Shown one piece after another: positions 1-12,378 of a stretch of 64,000 bases of DNA; position 1 is the stretch's first letter, and each line of letters starts with the position of its first letter. A program made the position numbers and the translations under genes. The stretch is from contig NC_087436.1 of the NCBI RefSeq assembly GCF_036321535.1, positions 15,252,001 to 15,316,000 of the forward strand, given 5' to 3'. The notes under the pieces were generated by a model, which was not told the DNA's origin, made no database searches, and saw only the letters and a program-made list of their open reading frames with translations. The DNA comes from Camelus dromedarius (Eukaryota).

Positions 1-3000
1 AATTATATTTTTCTCCATATGTATGCCCAGAAGTGGGATTGCTGGATCATATGGTAACTCTGTTTTTAGTTTTTTAAGGAACCTCCATACTGTCCTTTAT
101 AGTGGCTGCACCAATTTGCATTCCCATCAGCAGTGTAGGAGGGTACCCTCTTCTCCACACCCTCTCCAGCATTTATAATTTGTAGATTTTTTAATGATGG
201 CCATTCTGACTTATTTGAGGTGATCTACCTCATTGTAGTTTTAATTTGCATTTCTCTAATAATTAGGAAAATTGAGCAACTTTTCATGTGCATGTTGACC
301 ATCTGGATGTCTTCTTTGGAGAAATGTCTGTTTAGTCTTCTGCCCACTTTTTGACTGGGTTGCTTATTTTTTTAAATATTAAGCTGTATGAGCTGTTTGT
401 ATATTTTGGAACTTAGTCCCCTGTCTGTCACATCATTTGTAAATATTTTCTTCCATTCTGTAGATTGTCTTTTTGCTTTGTTGATGTGCAAAAGCTTTTT
501 AAGTTTAATTAGGTCCCATTTGTTTATTTTTGCTTTTATTTCTATTACTCTAGGATCTGGTTTGAAAAAAGTATTGCTGCAATTTATGTCAAGGAGTGTT
601 CTGCCTATGCCTATGTTTTCCTCTAGGAGTTTTGTAGTATCCTGCCTTACATTTAGGTCTTTAATCCATGTTGAGTTTATTTTTGTATGTGGTGTTAGAG
701 AATGTTCTAATTTCATTCTTTTACGGGTAGCTGTCCAGTTTTCCCAGCACCACTTATTGAAGAGACTGTCTTTTCTTCATTGTGTATTCTTGCCTCCTTT
801 GTCAAAGATTAATTGACCATAAATGCATGGGCTTATTTCTGGACTTTCTGTGCTGTTCCGTTGATCAATGTGTCTTTCTGTGCCAGTACCATACTGTTTT
901 GATTACTGTAGCTTTGTTCTATCGTCCAAGGTTGGGGAGCATGAGTCCCCCAGCTCCATTCTCCTTTCTCAAGATTGTTTTGGCTATTTGGGGTCTTTTG
1001 TGTTTCCATACAAATTTTAACATTTTTTTTTGTTACAGTTCTGTGAAAAATATCACTGGTAATTTGATAGGGATTGCATTGAATCTATATATTGCCTTGG
1101 TAGAAGTATGGCCATTTTAGCAATATTTATTCTTCCAGTCCAAGGACACAGTATATCTTTCCATCTCTTTGTGTCATCCTCAGTTTCTTTCATCAGTGTC
1201 TCATAGTTTTCGGAGTACAAGTCCTTTTGCCTCCTTAGGTAGGTTTATCCCTAGGTGTTTTGTTCTTTTTGATGTGATGGTAACTGGGATTATTTCCTTA
1301 ATTTCTTTTTCGGATATTTCTTTGTTAGTGTACAGAAATGCAACTAATTTCTGTGTATTAATTTTGTATACTGCAACTTTACAGAATTCATTGATGAGAT
1401 CTAGTAGTTTTCTGGTAGTGTCTTTAGGATTATCTATGTATAGTATCATGTCATCTGCAAACAGTGACAGATTTACTTCTTCTTTTCCAATTTGGATTCC
1501 TTTTATTTCTTTTTCTTCTCTAATTGCCATGGGCTAGGACTTCCAAAACTATGTTGAATAAGAATGGTGAGAATGGGCATCCTTGTCTTGTTCCTGATCT
1601 TAGAGGAGATGCTTCCAGCTTTTCACCATTGAGTATGATGTTAGCTGTGGGTTTGTCATATATGGCCTTTATTATGTTGAGGTATGTTCTCTGCCCACTT
1701 TTTAGAGAGTTTTTAATCATAAATGGATGTTGAATTTTATGAAAAGCTTTTTCTGCATCTATTGAGATGGTCATATAGCTTTTATTCCTCAAGTTGTTAA
1801 TGTGGTGTATCATGTAGACTGATTTGCAGATATTGAAAAATCCTTGCATCCCTGGGATAAATCCCACTTGATCATGGTGTATGATCCTTTTAATGCATAG
1901 TTGGAGTTGATTTGCTAGTATTTTGTTGAGAATTTTTGCATCTATATTCATAAGTGATATTGGCCTGTAATTTTCTTTCTTTGTGATATCTTTGTCTGGT
2001 TTTGGTATCAGGGTGATGGTGGCCTCATAGAATGAGTTCAGAAGTGTTCCTCCTTCTGCAATGTTTTGGAATATTTCTGAAGGATAGGTAACTACTCTCT
2101 AAATTGTTGGTAGAATTTGCCTGTGAAGCCATCTGGTTCTGGACTTTGGTTTGTTGGGAGTTTTTAAATTACTGATTCAATTTCATTATTGGTAATTGGT
2201 CTATTCATATTTTCTATTTCTTCCTGGTTCAGTCTTAACAAATTGTACCTTTCTAAGAAATTGTCCATTTCTCGTAGGTTGTCCTTTTTGTTAACATATA
2301 TTTGCTCATAGTAGCCTCTTATGATCCCTTGTATTTTTGTGGTGTTGATTGTAACTTCTCCTTTTCCATTTCTGATTTTATTAATTTGAGACCCTCTCCC
2401 CCCACCCCCGCTTTTTTTTTTTTTTTGATGATTCTGGTTAAAGGTTTATCGATTTTGCTTATCTTTTCAAAGAACCAGCTTTTAGTTTCATCAATCTTCT
2501 CTATTGTTTTTTAGTCTCTATTTCATTTATCTCTGCTCTAATCTTTATGATTTCTTCCCTTCGACTAACTTTGGGTTTTTGTTCTTTCTCTAATTGTTTT
2601 AGGTGTCAGGCTATGTTGTTTATTTGAGATTGTTCTTGTTTCCTGAGATAAGCTTGTATTGCTGTAAACTTCCCTCTCAGAACTATTTTTGCTATGTCCC
2701 AGAGGTTTTGGATCGTTGTGTTTTCATTTTCATTTTTCTGTAAGTATTTTTTTTATTTCCTCTTTTCTTTCTTCAGTGATCCACTGGTTGCTCACTAGCA
2801 TATTGGTTGGCCTCCGTGTGTTTGTGGGTTTTGCAGTTTTTTTCTTGTAGTTGATTTCTAACCTCATAGTGTTGTGGTCAGAAAAGATGCTTGATGTGAT
2901 TTCAGTTTTCTTAAATTTACTGAGGCTTGCCTTGCCTTGTGGGTCAGCATGTGATTTATCCTGGAGAATGTTCCATGTGCACTTGAGAATGTGTATTCTG

Positions 3001-4237
3001 CTGCTTTTGGATGGAATGCTCTATAAATATCAGTTAAGTCCATCTGGTCTAATGTGTCATTTAAGGCCTATGTTTCCTTATTGATTTTCTGTCTAGGTGA
3101 TCTGTCCATTGGTGTAAGTGGGGTGTTTAGGTCCCCCACTATTATTGTGTTACTGTTGATTTCTCCTTTTATGTCTGTTAACAGTTGCCTTATACATTGA
3201 GGTGCTCCTGTGTTGGGTGCATGTACATTTACAGTTGTTACATCTTCTTCTTGGATTGATCCCTTGAGCATTATGTAGTGTCCTTCTTTGTTTCTTGTAA
3301 CAGTCCTTATTTTAAAGTCTTTTGTCTGATATAAGCTTTTCTACTCCAGCTTTCTTTTGGTTTCCATTTGTATGGAATATCTTTTTCCATCTCCTCACTT
3401 TCAGCCTCTAGCTCTAAAGTGGGTCTCTTGTAGGCAGCATATTCATGGGTCTTGTTTTTGTATCCATTCAGCCAGTCTGTCTTTTGGTTGGAGCATTTAA
3501 TCCATTTACAGTTAAGGTGATTATTGATACGTATGTTTTTATTGCTGTTTTGTTGTTTTGGATTTGTTTTTGTAAGTCTTTTTTTCCCCTTTCTTCTTTT
3601 TGTTCTCTTGTGATTTGATGACTATAGCATTACATTTGGATTCCTCTCTTTTTCTTATGTATGTCTATTATAGATTTTTGGTTTGCAGTTACCATGAGGT
3701 TTTGGTGTAGAAGCCTGTGTATATATATGATTGTTTTAAGTGGCTGATCTCTTAATTTCAAATGCATTTTAGATACCCTGCACTCGTACTCTCCTCCCCT
3801 CAGGATTACTGGTTTTGATATTTTTTACATCTAGTTGTTTTGTGTATTGTTTAACTGCTTATTGTGGATACAAATGATTTTTACTACTTTTGTCTTTGAA
3901 CCTCCGTATTAGTTTGTGTATGGATGATTTCCTACCCTTACTGTATATTTGCCTTTACTGTTGAGCCTTCCCTTTTTGTAATTTTCTTGTTTATATCTGT
4001 GGCCTTTACTTTTCCACCTAGAGAAGCTCCTTTAGCTTTTGTTTTAAAGCTGGCTTGGGGGTACTGAATTCTTTTAGCTTTTGCTTATCTGTGAAGCTTT
4101 TGATTTCTCCAACAAATCTGAGTGAGAGCCTTGCTGGGTAGAGTATTCTCGGTTGTACGTTTTTCCCTTTCATCACTTTAAATATATCATGCCACTCGCT
4201 TCTGGCCTGCAGAGTTTCTGCTGAAAAATCAGCTGAT
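1..4237 (-). mobile_element. Older, decayed LINE-1, 5'-truncated inside ORF1; 3' end lies beyond the window start
   Basis: Minus-strand ORF fragments match L1 ORF2p: EN (3068-3271), RT '[13 protein letters not shown]...SGTRQGCP' (1520-1951), '[11 protein letters not shown]' (1201-1530) and the C-terminal region (372-716). The ORF1 C-terminus (LSADFSAETLQAR...LKELL*) has its stop at 4018-4020. Many frameshifts and stops. Confidence 0.95.
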
Positions 4238-4304
4238 CAGAGTTAGTAATCTTTATGGCTAACAGTCATGCATTTTATTCTTTGAAGATTTAAGATAAGA
4301 ATAT

Positions 4305-4480
4305 AGTTGAGAGCCTGGGTTCTGGGGGTCAGACTTCTTGGCTCTGTCACTTACTGTATGTGTCATTTTGGCCAAGTTACTTAATCTCTCTGAGAATCAC
4401 AGTAGGATCACTGAGGGGGTTAAATGGCACATGTGTGTGATGTATGTCACACATCCCCGACACAGCGTGATACACAGTCA
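4305..4480 (+). mobile_element. MIR SINE fragment
   Basis: MIR core-like 'ggctctgtcacttactgtatgtgtcattttggccaagttacttaatctctctgag'; boundaries approximate. Confidence 0.65.
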
Positions 4481-4864
4481 GTACTTTCTGTTCATGGTTC
4501 CTGAAGCCAGAGTGAGATGTCCCAAGGCTCAGTTGAGAGAATTCTGCTTTTGTGAGTTCCAAGGAGCATTGCTTTCCTTCCACATGAAAGCTACTGTGGT
4601 TAACCCTGAGATCTTTTGTCGTCACTTTATGTTAATTGCAAAGAAAATTCCAGAACATGCTTCTTCAGGACAAGTTAGTCTTTCGAGTTTTTGAGTTATC
4701 TCTTTGATCATATCTTACGTGATTGGTAGTCACTTCAGGGCACTTCTGGAAATGAGTTTGGAGGCCAGCATGTGGCAAGTAACACCTTAGAGGAGATTCA
4801 GGCATCACCGCCTCTCTGAGACTCTCCCTTGATATCCATCACCTCCCTCCTCATTTGCGTTCAT

Positions 4865-5360
4865 CACTCATCTCATTGATTGAGCAGCACTGCCTTTTAG
4901 TCTGTCTGAGGCTCCAGAGATCCAACAGTGAACAGACAGTTCCCATTCTCATGAAACTTAGTCTTGTGGAAATGTATGTAAACGCATCTAATCCACCATG
5001 ATACGAGTGCAAGTGGCAGTGTGGAGAAGGTCAGAGAGGTGCCTAGGGAGAACGGTAAGGAAAGTTGCACAGGTTTGGTGACATCTCAGTGGAGGGTGAA
5101 TGGCTAAGAACAGGGGAAGTCGGCAGTCAGCCTGGTTTGTACAGGAGGATCAGACCCTGTGTCGGAGGATGTGGGGGTGATGGGAGATGAAATTGAAGAT
5201 GGAGGCAGATGCTAGGTCGTGTAAGAGTTTCGCCTTTATCATGTGGACAGGGGATGGGTGGCGTTGAATGATTTGAGGCAACAGAATGCTGTAAGACTTG
5301 CGTTTTTAGCAAGATCTTCCTCATGCGGAAAATGAACTTGAAAAGGATGTAAGTCAGGCC
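4865..5360 (-). mobile_element. L2 3'-end fragment (highly decayed)
   Basis: 'cattgattgagcagcactgcc...gatccaacagtgaacagacagttccca' followed by purine-rich sequence typical of antisense L2; approximate. Confidence 0.45.
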
Positions 5361-7848
5361 AGCAGGTCCGTGTCCCCACCGCACATTTACGGAGACCAGC
5401 AACAGAGCCCTCTGCATCCTAAAGCCCTGACTTTATAGACATTTAAGACACTTTCTGGAATAAAGACAGCCGAAGTTGAATTTTCCAATTCTGCATCCTC
5501 TCCCCAGAACACGCTGACCTGGCCCTCCATCTGTCATAAGCAGCTTGACTAGGATCCTAATAAATTATTTTTTCTTGGCATTCTTTTAACTGGAACTCTA
5601 TTTACTAGCCCCTCTGTGCAACTATGGTGTGGTGATGATGGATGCTTATAATTCTGGCCGTGAAGTACTCCAAGCCTTCTAAATCATCAAAAAAAGATTA
5701 AAGTGTATTCAATATTGCTGTAATGTTTGTGTGTTTCACTGCATTCTTATTCTTTGGAAATTGATGGTTTATTGAGTGCCCATGCCCTCGTGTGCATGCA
5801 GGTGCAGGGAGAGCCTGTGACCACTCACAGCTCTTCACTCCCTCACAGCACCAGGCACAGGGCAATTATTAGCAAAGTGCACTCAGAAATAAGCAAAACA
5901 GACCTGTGTTCTCTTTATGTTTAGAAGGAGGAAGCAGGTGGCCCCAAAAGGGCAGACTAGACAGAGATGAGAGAGGAAGCGGTGGTTAGAAAACAGTGCA
6001 AGTGCTGAGGCAGGAACTGGACAGACAGCGAGCCGGCCAGTCTACCAGTGGCCCAGCCCAGGGGGCGCGGGGCTCGGGCCCAGACACCAGCTTCGCCTTC
6101 AGGTGCGCGTTGATCCAGCTCGGATCGTCCGTCTTGGATTTGGCAGTATTCCCCACCAGCTTTATTTGGATTTGCAGTAACAACTGTTCAGTAAAATGCC
6201 AAACATTAGCAAGTGAAAACATCGATAATCAGGGCATCCTGTTCCCCCCCCGCCCCCCACACACACATCTTTTCATGAAAACTGTTATGACTGCCGAGCT
6301 GACAATATTATCTAGCCCAGAATGCAGAGCTCCAAATAGAAGCTGTGAGGTGGCTCCATCTTGTAACCTGGCTTCCAGAGCCAGGCATGTGATGCTGTTA
6401 TTAGGAGGGAGATCTGCTGTTGGCACTTTCTTTCAGGGGTTGTGTGTTGCAGTAAATAGAGGTGCTGCTTACATTTTCTCATACAGATTTGTTTTTAAAA
6501 TCTGCCTGTTTGATCAGCAAGTCACACTGTGTCCAGGTGCCTGGAGGGCCAGTCCCTGAACCACAGGGAATCTGTTTGTCACCCTCTGGACAAGGGCACG
6601 TTTGGACTTTCAAGCTGGTTTCATCGTTTGCCTGCTCTGAGGTGTGGTCTCTTCGTCCCTCTGGGTCTTAGTTCTCTCTTTTTCTGACATATTGGAATGA
6701 TACAAATTCCTTTTTTACAGGGTTGCTGTGCGGCTGAAGTGAAATGGTGGTTGTGAAAAAGCGTAATTGGAAAGCCCTATATAGATAATAACATACTAAA
6801 TATACTAAAGAACATCATAAATATTCTAATAAAAAATAGAAATCTGTTTCATTAGCAAGCACGATGTCCTCAAAACTTTCCCCAAAGCAGAGTGGGGAAA
6901 ATAAACTATTTACTGCATCCCTGCTATAGATTCTAGCTGTTACTTTATCCACTCTGCAAAGTGGATATTAAATCCCTGCTCAAAGTTGAGGAAACGGGGG
7001 CTTCCAGTCCCACAGCTGTCCATGTACATGGCAGAAGTGGGGTTTGGACCTGTGTGACCCCAGAATTTAATGTTCTTTTTCCTTATCTCTAGTTGCCTGT
7101 CTTATTCCAATCTCCCACCCACCCAAAGTTCTTAAAAGCTTTTTACATCCTTTGGGACTAGAAAGTTTGCTAGCCCTTTCTTGATCTTTTGCTTCTGAAA
7201 GCAGGGTGGGGCATCAGAAGGAACTCCTGAGCCCTGGGAGCCCCTGGGGGGACCAGCAATGTGGGGAGAGCCCGGGGTGGGGCACACCCAGCTCCCACTT
7301 TTAGGGAGCCGGCCAGGCCTGGACTGAAAGCAGGAGGCAGGTGTGTGGCATTTCCCCACCCTTGAGGAGGTGGCTGCAGCCCTGTAGTTTCCAGAAGTTC
7401 ATCTTTTCTCTGTCACAGCGTTTCCCAAGCTCCCCGAGGTTGTTTGGAGAGCTGCTTCTCGGATCCTCCTCTCAGGAATCATTGCCTCTTGTGGGTTCTG
7501 ACCGGCTCCTCGTGCTGCTTGTGGGGGGGAGTGAGATTAAGTTTATTCTGTATAATAACCACTCTACTGAGCTATTTTGGGACCTTCCCTGTTAACACTG
7601 ATGTTGGGTATCGGAGGAAAGGACCCCTGATAGGGGGGATTCTTTAAGTGCCCGTGGGATGTGGTTCCGTATGCATCTTCTTTTTTAAATAAACTTTCCC
7701 CAATTCTAGACACACTGAGCCAGCTTGTGAGCTGGAGCTGCCCACACAGAACCAGAGACAACGCCCGTCAGACGGCCAGATTGACTCTTCAGGGAGATGC
7801 CCTAGGGTGGGAGGCGCATGTGTTCAGGCTGAGGCTCTGTCCCCACAG

Positions 7849-7962
7849 GTGCTCAACAGGAGGTGCGTGGAGGCAGCCGTGATGACCGGCCTGGCCCTGG
7901 ACTGCCGCATAAACAAGAAGTCCTTGTTTGACAGGAAGCACTACTTCTACGCAGACCTCCCG
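7849..7962 (+). CDS. GATB: GATB exon 3 ([38 protein letters not shown])
   Basis: ccccacag|GTG ... CCG|gtaagt; 114 nt, phase 0/0; GatB signature [12 protein letters not shown]. Confidence 0.97.
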
Positions 7963-9016
7963 GTAAGTACGCTCTGCCGTCCGCCCGTGGCAGGTCCTTG
8001 GAGCTGGGGGTTTGCAGCCGGAGGAGGGCCGTGTGCTCGTGTCTTCAGCTAGAGGTCCATCCAGCCCGCCCGGCGGGGGACTCTGCCCGGCCCCGATGAA
8101 GCCCGTGCCCCCTGACGTTTCCTAGATTGGATGCCGTGGTCCTGATTGCCGACTCCTGGCCCAGCCTCATGCTTCTGGTGGCTGGCTCGTAATTGAACGG
8201 GGAGTAGGAGCCGCCCGCGTTCCCAGGCTCAGCCCTGCTGTGGCGTGTGGTGCTAATTGCCTGTTAGGGCAGAAGCTGCCTCTGTGGCTGATGCAGGGGT
8301 CAGTGCATCGGTGGCTCTGGAGACAGCGAGAGCGGCCTTCTTTTAAGTGGCAGCTCCCAGTAATAGGACTGTCTCCTTTGGAGATACCCCTGTCATCTCC
8401 CAGGGACCATGTAAGTGGACAAGAGTGAGCAGAAACACGAACCAGAAGCCTGGGCGAACAGCAGTAATTGCCCGAGCAGCGAGCCCTGTATTAACCCACT
8501 CTTTCCTTAAAACTAGAAAGTTTTCTCCTTTAAGAGAAGCCAGTGTGAACTAGAGCCAATTTTTCATAATATTGAACTGAACCAAAACTGTAATGTTGAG
8601 TGGGTTTCCCAAAATAATATTTCATGCGTTCTGAGCCTCTGATGGCAAGCGTGGCCCTTCTTCAGATGTAGGAACACAGTAGTGATACTGTTCCTCCATG
8701 TGATTTTCCTTGAACTGAAGACAGGGGTGAGCTGTTTTCAGGGGGTGAGGGCAGAGGTGGAATTCAACACAAAATACACTGAAAGCCTGAGTTCCCTCCA
8801 GTTGCTGCTGCTTTTTCCCCCTGGCTGCCAGCCTTTTAGCAAATTCTCCTGCCTGGGAGGGTGGAGAGAATTCAACTGCATTATTTTCACCTTTTGAGAG
8901 CGATGAGCAGTTTGGTTAAGGTGGGAGACTTAGCAGTGTGAGACTAGAGTGAGATGTCCTGATGATTCCTGCCTCCTGGTCTCTCTGGCCCAGGCAGTTC
9001 AGATCATCTGCAGTTA

Positions 9017-9136
9017 GTGTCGCCAAATAGCACACGGGACACACTTATACTAAAAAAGTATCCGTTTTTATCTAAGTAAACAATTTACTCAAATTATTCT
9101 AGTTTGACTGAGCATCTGTATTTTATTTGGCAACCG
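9017..9136. mobile_element. MER53-like hAT MITE, right half
   Basis: 'gggacacacttatactaaaaaa...ttgactgagcatctgtattttatttggcaacc' resembles the recalled palindromic MER53 consensus. Confidence 0.6.
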
Positions 9137-9202
9137 TCCCCACACTTTAATTTTTACAAATTGAGACTTCCTGTCTCAGCCCCGAGAGTAAGGTGGCGGA
9201 AT

Positions 9203-9393
9203 GCGGTGGTTCTCAGAGTGTGTGCCACAGGCCACGAGCATCAGCATCTCCTAGGACCGCAGGAGAAACAGACACTCCTGGGCGCCTCCCCAGACCTGCA
9301 GAACTGGAGGCTCTTCAGTTGGGCCAGATGGTCTGTGTTCTGACCATCCGGCCAGGTGATTTCAATGCCGTTCACGATTGAACAATACCTGCT
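9203..9393. mobile_element. MER5A-like hAT-Charlie DNA transposon
   Basis: 'gtggttctcagagtgtg...agcatcagcatc...cccagacctgcagaac...ccaggtgatttc' follows the MER5A layout. Confidence 0.65.
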
Positions 9394-9394
9394 G

Positions 9395-9575
9395 AGTGGC
9401 CAGGAGCACGGACTCTGGAGCCAGACCAGCTGAGTACTTAGTAAGTACTAAGTACATTAGTACTTACCAGCTCCATGGCTTTGGGCAAGGGCTCTTAACC
9501 CCTCCGTGCCTTGCACCTCTCTCCTAGGGTTGTCGTGAGGGTTAGACGGCATGAAGCACTGAGAACAGTGTATGG
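9395..9575 (+). mobile_element. MIR SINE with a rearranged core
   Basis: 'gagcacggactctggagccagac...ttgggcaagggctcttaacccctccgtgcctt...agggttgtcgtgagggttaga'. Confidence 0.65.
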
Positions 9576-10299
9576 GGACACCGTGTGTCTGCTCTCCTCC
9601 TGTTCTCCACTCTGACCCACCCTCTCTTCAGTGCGTACTGGTGCACGTGTGCCTCCATTTAGAAGGTGGTGAGGGAGTCCTTGCACCATCCATCAGTATT
9701 TTAGTACTCTGTGCTTTCTGTTAGCTGAGTGTGAGTGTCACTGCATTTTCTGGCTAGAGGAACAAGCGAAGTGGGGTTAGGGAGGGCAGCTGATGTGATT
9801 GGTTAGCTAAAGAGCAAGAACAAAACAAGCTACCCAGCACGAGCCACCGCTGTCGGCTGTCCTGAGAGGAGATGGGAGATGCTAAGCCAGCAGTTCCCAG
9901 TGAGGAAGGCCTGTCAGGAGCCCAGGAATCAGATGCAGGGCGTAGCTATTGAGCTACGTGGAAACAATACGGTATTTTCTTAGAGAGTGAGATTACTGTT
10001 ATTCCCCAAAATGGTGGTAGGTAGGGAAGATAGGATGCATGTTGTGTACTGCTTCATTATTGGGGTTGGGGGTACAGGGAAGGGTGGGGAGTGGGGTACA
10101 GGAAAGCCAGAAGAGGCCAGGCTAAGGTATGACCCCAGCACATCAATTAATTTTCCTTCTTCTTTTCCTTTTTCCTCTTTTTCTTGCTGTGTTGCCTTTT
10201 TAAGTAAGCCTAGAGTTTTGTGACAATGAGAGGAATGGTAAACTGGTCCACAGCTTTTCTTTACTGACTCGTGACCCTGTGGCCCGTGTTTGCGTGCAG

Positions 10300-10498
10300 G
10301 CAGGCTACCAGATCACCCAGCAGAGGCTCCCCATCGCTGTGGACGGGAGCTTGGCATACAGCGTCTGCGTGGGGAAGAAGCTGGGTCAGGCGGTCACCAG
10401 GACAGTGAGGGTCCGGCAGATCCAGCTGGAGCAAGACAGCGGCAAGAGTCTCCACGATGACCTGCGGTCCCAGACGCTCGTGGATTTGAATAGGGCAG
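10300..10498 (+). CDS. GATB: GATB exon 4 ([14 protein letters not shown]...[12 protein letters not shown]...DLNRA)
   Basis: gtgcag|GCA ... GCA G|gtaggc; 199 nt; conserved [14 protein letters not shown] and DLNRAG motifs. Confidence 0.97.
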
Positions 10499-10912
10499 GT
10501 AGGCGTGCAGAGTTTTCCATTTCCCTTCCTGCCTCCTCTCCTCCCCTCAAGGTTTTCCCAAGCCAATTGAGGAAACAGGCCTAGGGAGCCTGACAGGTGG
10601 AGATGAGGGTCCCAGTGCTGGTAATAGCCAGTTCAAGAGCACGGCTTCAGCTGTGGCTTCTGTGGGCTCGCTGATGACCCAGCCCTCAGGTGAGCCTAAC
10701 GGAGCCGCCTTGTCACGGACCCAGCAGCTTGATAGCTGAAGCAGACAGGAAAAGAAAAGACCCAAATTTAAAGACCCATAGGTGAAGGCAGAAATGACTG
10801 AGAGGCTGGAAGCCACTTTGAGAGCCCGTCAGTGACGCAGGGTTGTCAGCCTGATTGATGTGTGGCTCAGATCGGAGGCTCCAGTCAGGCTGACTCTGCC
10901 TCTCCCTGGCAG

Positions 10913-11035
10913 GGGTCGGCCTGCTGGAAGTGGTCCTGGAGCCCGACATGTCCTGTGGAGAAGAGGCGGCCGCGGCCGTCAGGGAGCTGCAGCTGATTCT
11001 TCAAGCCCTGGGGACCAGTCGGGCCATCATGGCAG
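10913..11035 (+). CDS. GATB: GATB exon 5 ([41 protein letters not shown])
   Basis: tctccctggcag|GG ... GCA G|gtagaa; 123 nt, phase 1/1. Confidence 0.96.
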
Positions 11036-11904
11036 GTAGAAGCCCCAGGGGCACGGCCCCTCTCCACCCCTCCCTTCACCCTTTCTGCTCCCAGGGTCTC
11101 TTCTCCCTGGAATCTGGTTCCCCCATCGGGTGGTTTGCATTCTTTTCTCAGCCTTTTCTCCCTCAGGGGCTTTTTTTTTTCCCTTCAGAGTTTCCTTGGA
11201 TTCTTCTCTGAGCTCCCAACCAAAACTAAACACACCAGCAGCGGCAGTGCCGAGGCGCCAAGCCCAAGACTGTGAGATTAGGCGTCGAGAGACTAGAGGC
11301 TTTCTCCTGGCTTTTTGCATCAGAATGTTGTGAGAATTAATAAAACAATGTGTTTGAGCAGCTTCGTGGTCCTCAGAGAGGAGGCACGGTGTTTACCCAG
11401 AGAAGCTGTCAGTTCGTGAGTTCTGTGCGGGCAGTGCTTAGTTGCTAGCTGGTCCTTTTCCTTTGGGTCTGTTTCTTTTCCTTCTTTTATAGACTTTTCA
11501 TCCAGGTACAGCTGAAGCCAAATTATTTCGACTGCAAACCAAGGTTATGACTTCACAAAACATGAACTTTGAGATAAAGTCTTAAGTTCAGTAGAAATGT
11601 AATAGGGAATGAAAATAAACAAAAGAAACAAGGTGCAAACTTGGGACCAAGCAAACTACACATTTGAAGTGTTTGCAGATCGGATATAAAGATGACAAGT
11701 TTTAATCAGACTCAGTTTCTTCACGGCCCCTTCCTAGCACAGCTTTGCCGGCCCTCATGTCCCTGAATGCTCATCTCTCCCGTGGTTTTCCCGTATTTTC
11801 TGTTCCCAGGGAGGGGCTTTTGAAAAAACTTCTACCACTTGCAGAGCACTCCTGACAGAGTGGAGAAAGGGTCCAGATTCCTCATCTACAGTTGTTAACC
11901 CATA

Positions 11905-12378
11905 GCTCAGGACACGGGGTCTTCCGGAGAAACAGAACAGACTGTGTGTACGTGTGTGTGTGTCAGATGTAAAGAGATTGATTATAAGAAATTGGCTCAT
12001 GTGATTGTGGAGGCTGAGAAATCCTAAGGTCTGCAGTCAGCAAGCTGCAGGAGGGTCGAGGGTATAGTTCCAGCCTGAGTCTGAGGATCTGAGAACCAGG
12101 AGAGGATGTAGATTCCAGGCTGAGCCAGAGCCCAGCGCCGAAGAAGACAGATCAGAGGCAGTGGGGCTGAGACAGCGAATTCCCCCCATTTCACCTTTTG
12201 TCCTGTTCAGGTTTTCAGTGGATTGAATGAGGCTCACTTATAATGAGAAAGCAGCCTGCTTTGCTCAATCTGTGGATTCAAATGTTAATCCCTCACAGAC
12301 ACACCCAGAATAACATCCAACCAAATATCTGGGCACCCCTTGGCCCAGTCAAGTTGACACATAAAATTAACCATTGCA
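11905..12378 (-). mobile_element. MLT2-type (ERVL) solo LTR
   Basis: Ends in 'ggcccagtcaagttgacacataaaattaaccat', the reverse complement of the MLT2 5' end; internal 'gaaattggctcatgtgattgtggaggctg'. Confidence 0.8.

Noticed and set aside
388..3084. Hydrophobic + strand ORFs resembling membrane proteins (also 30688-31293, 33544-34152 and 34758-35237)
   Set aside because: They are antisense shadows of A-rich L1 coding sequence.
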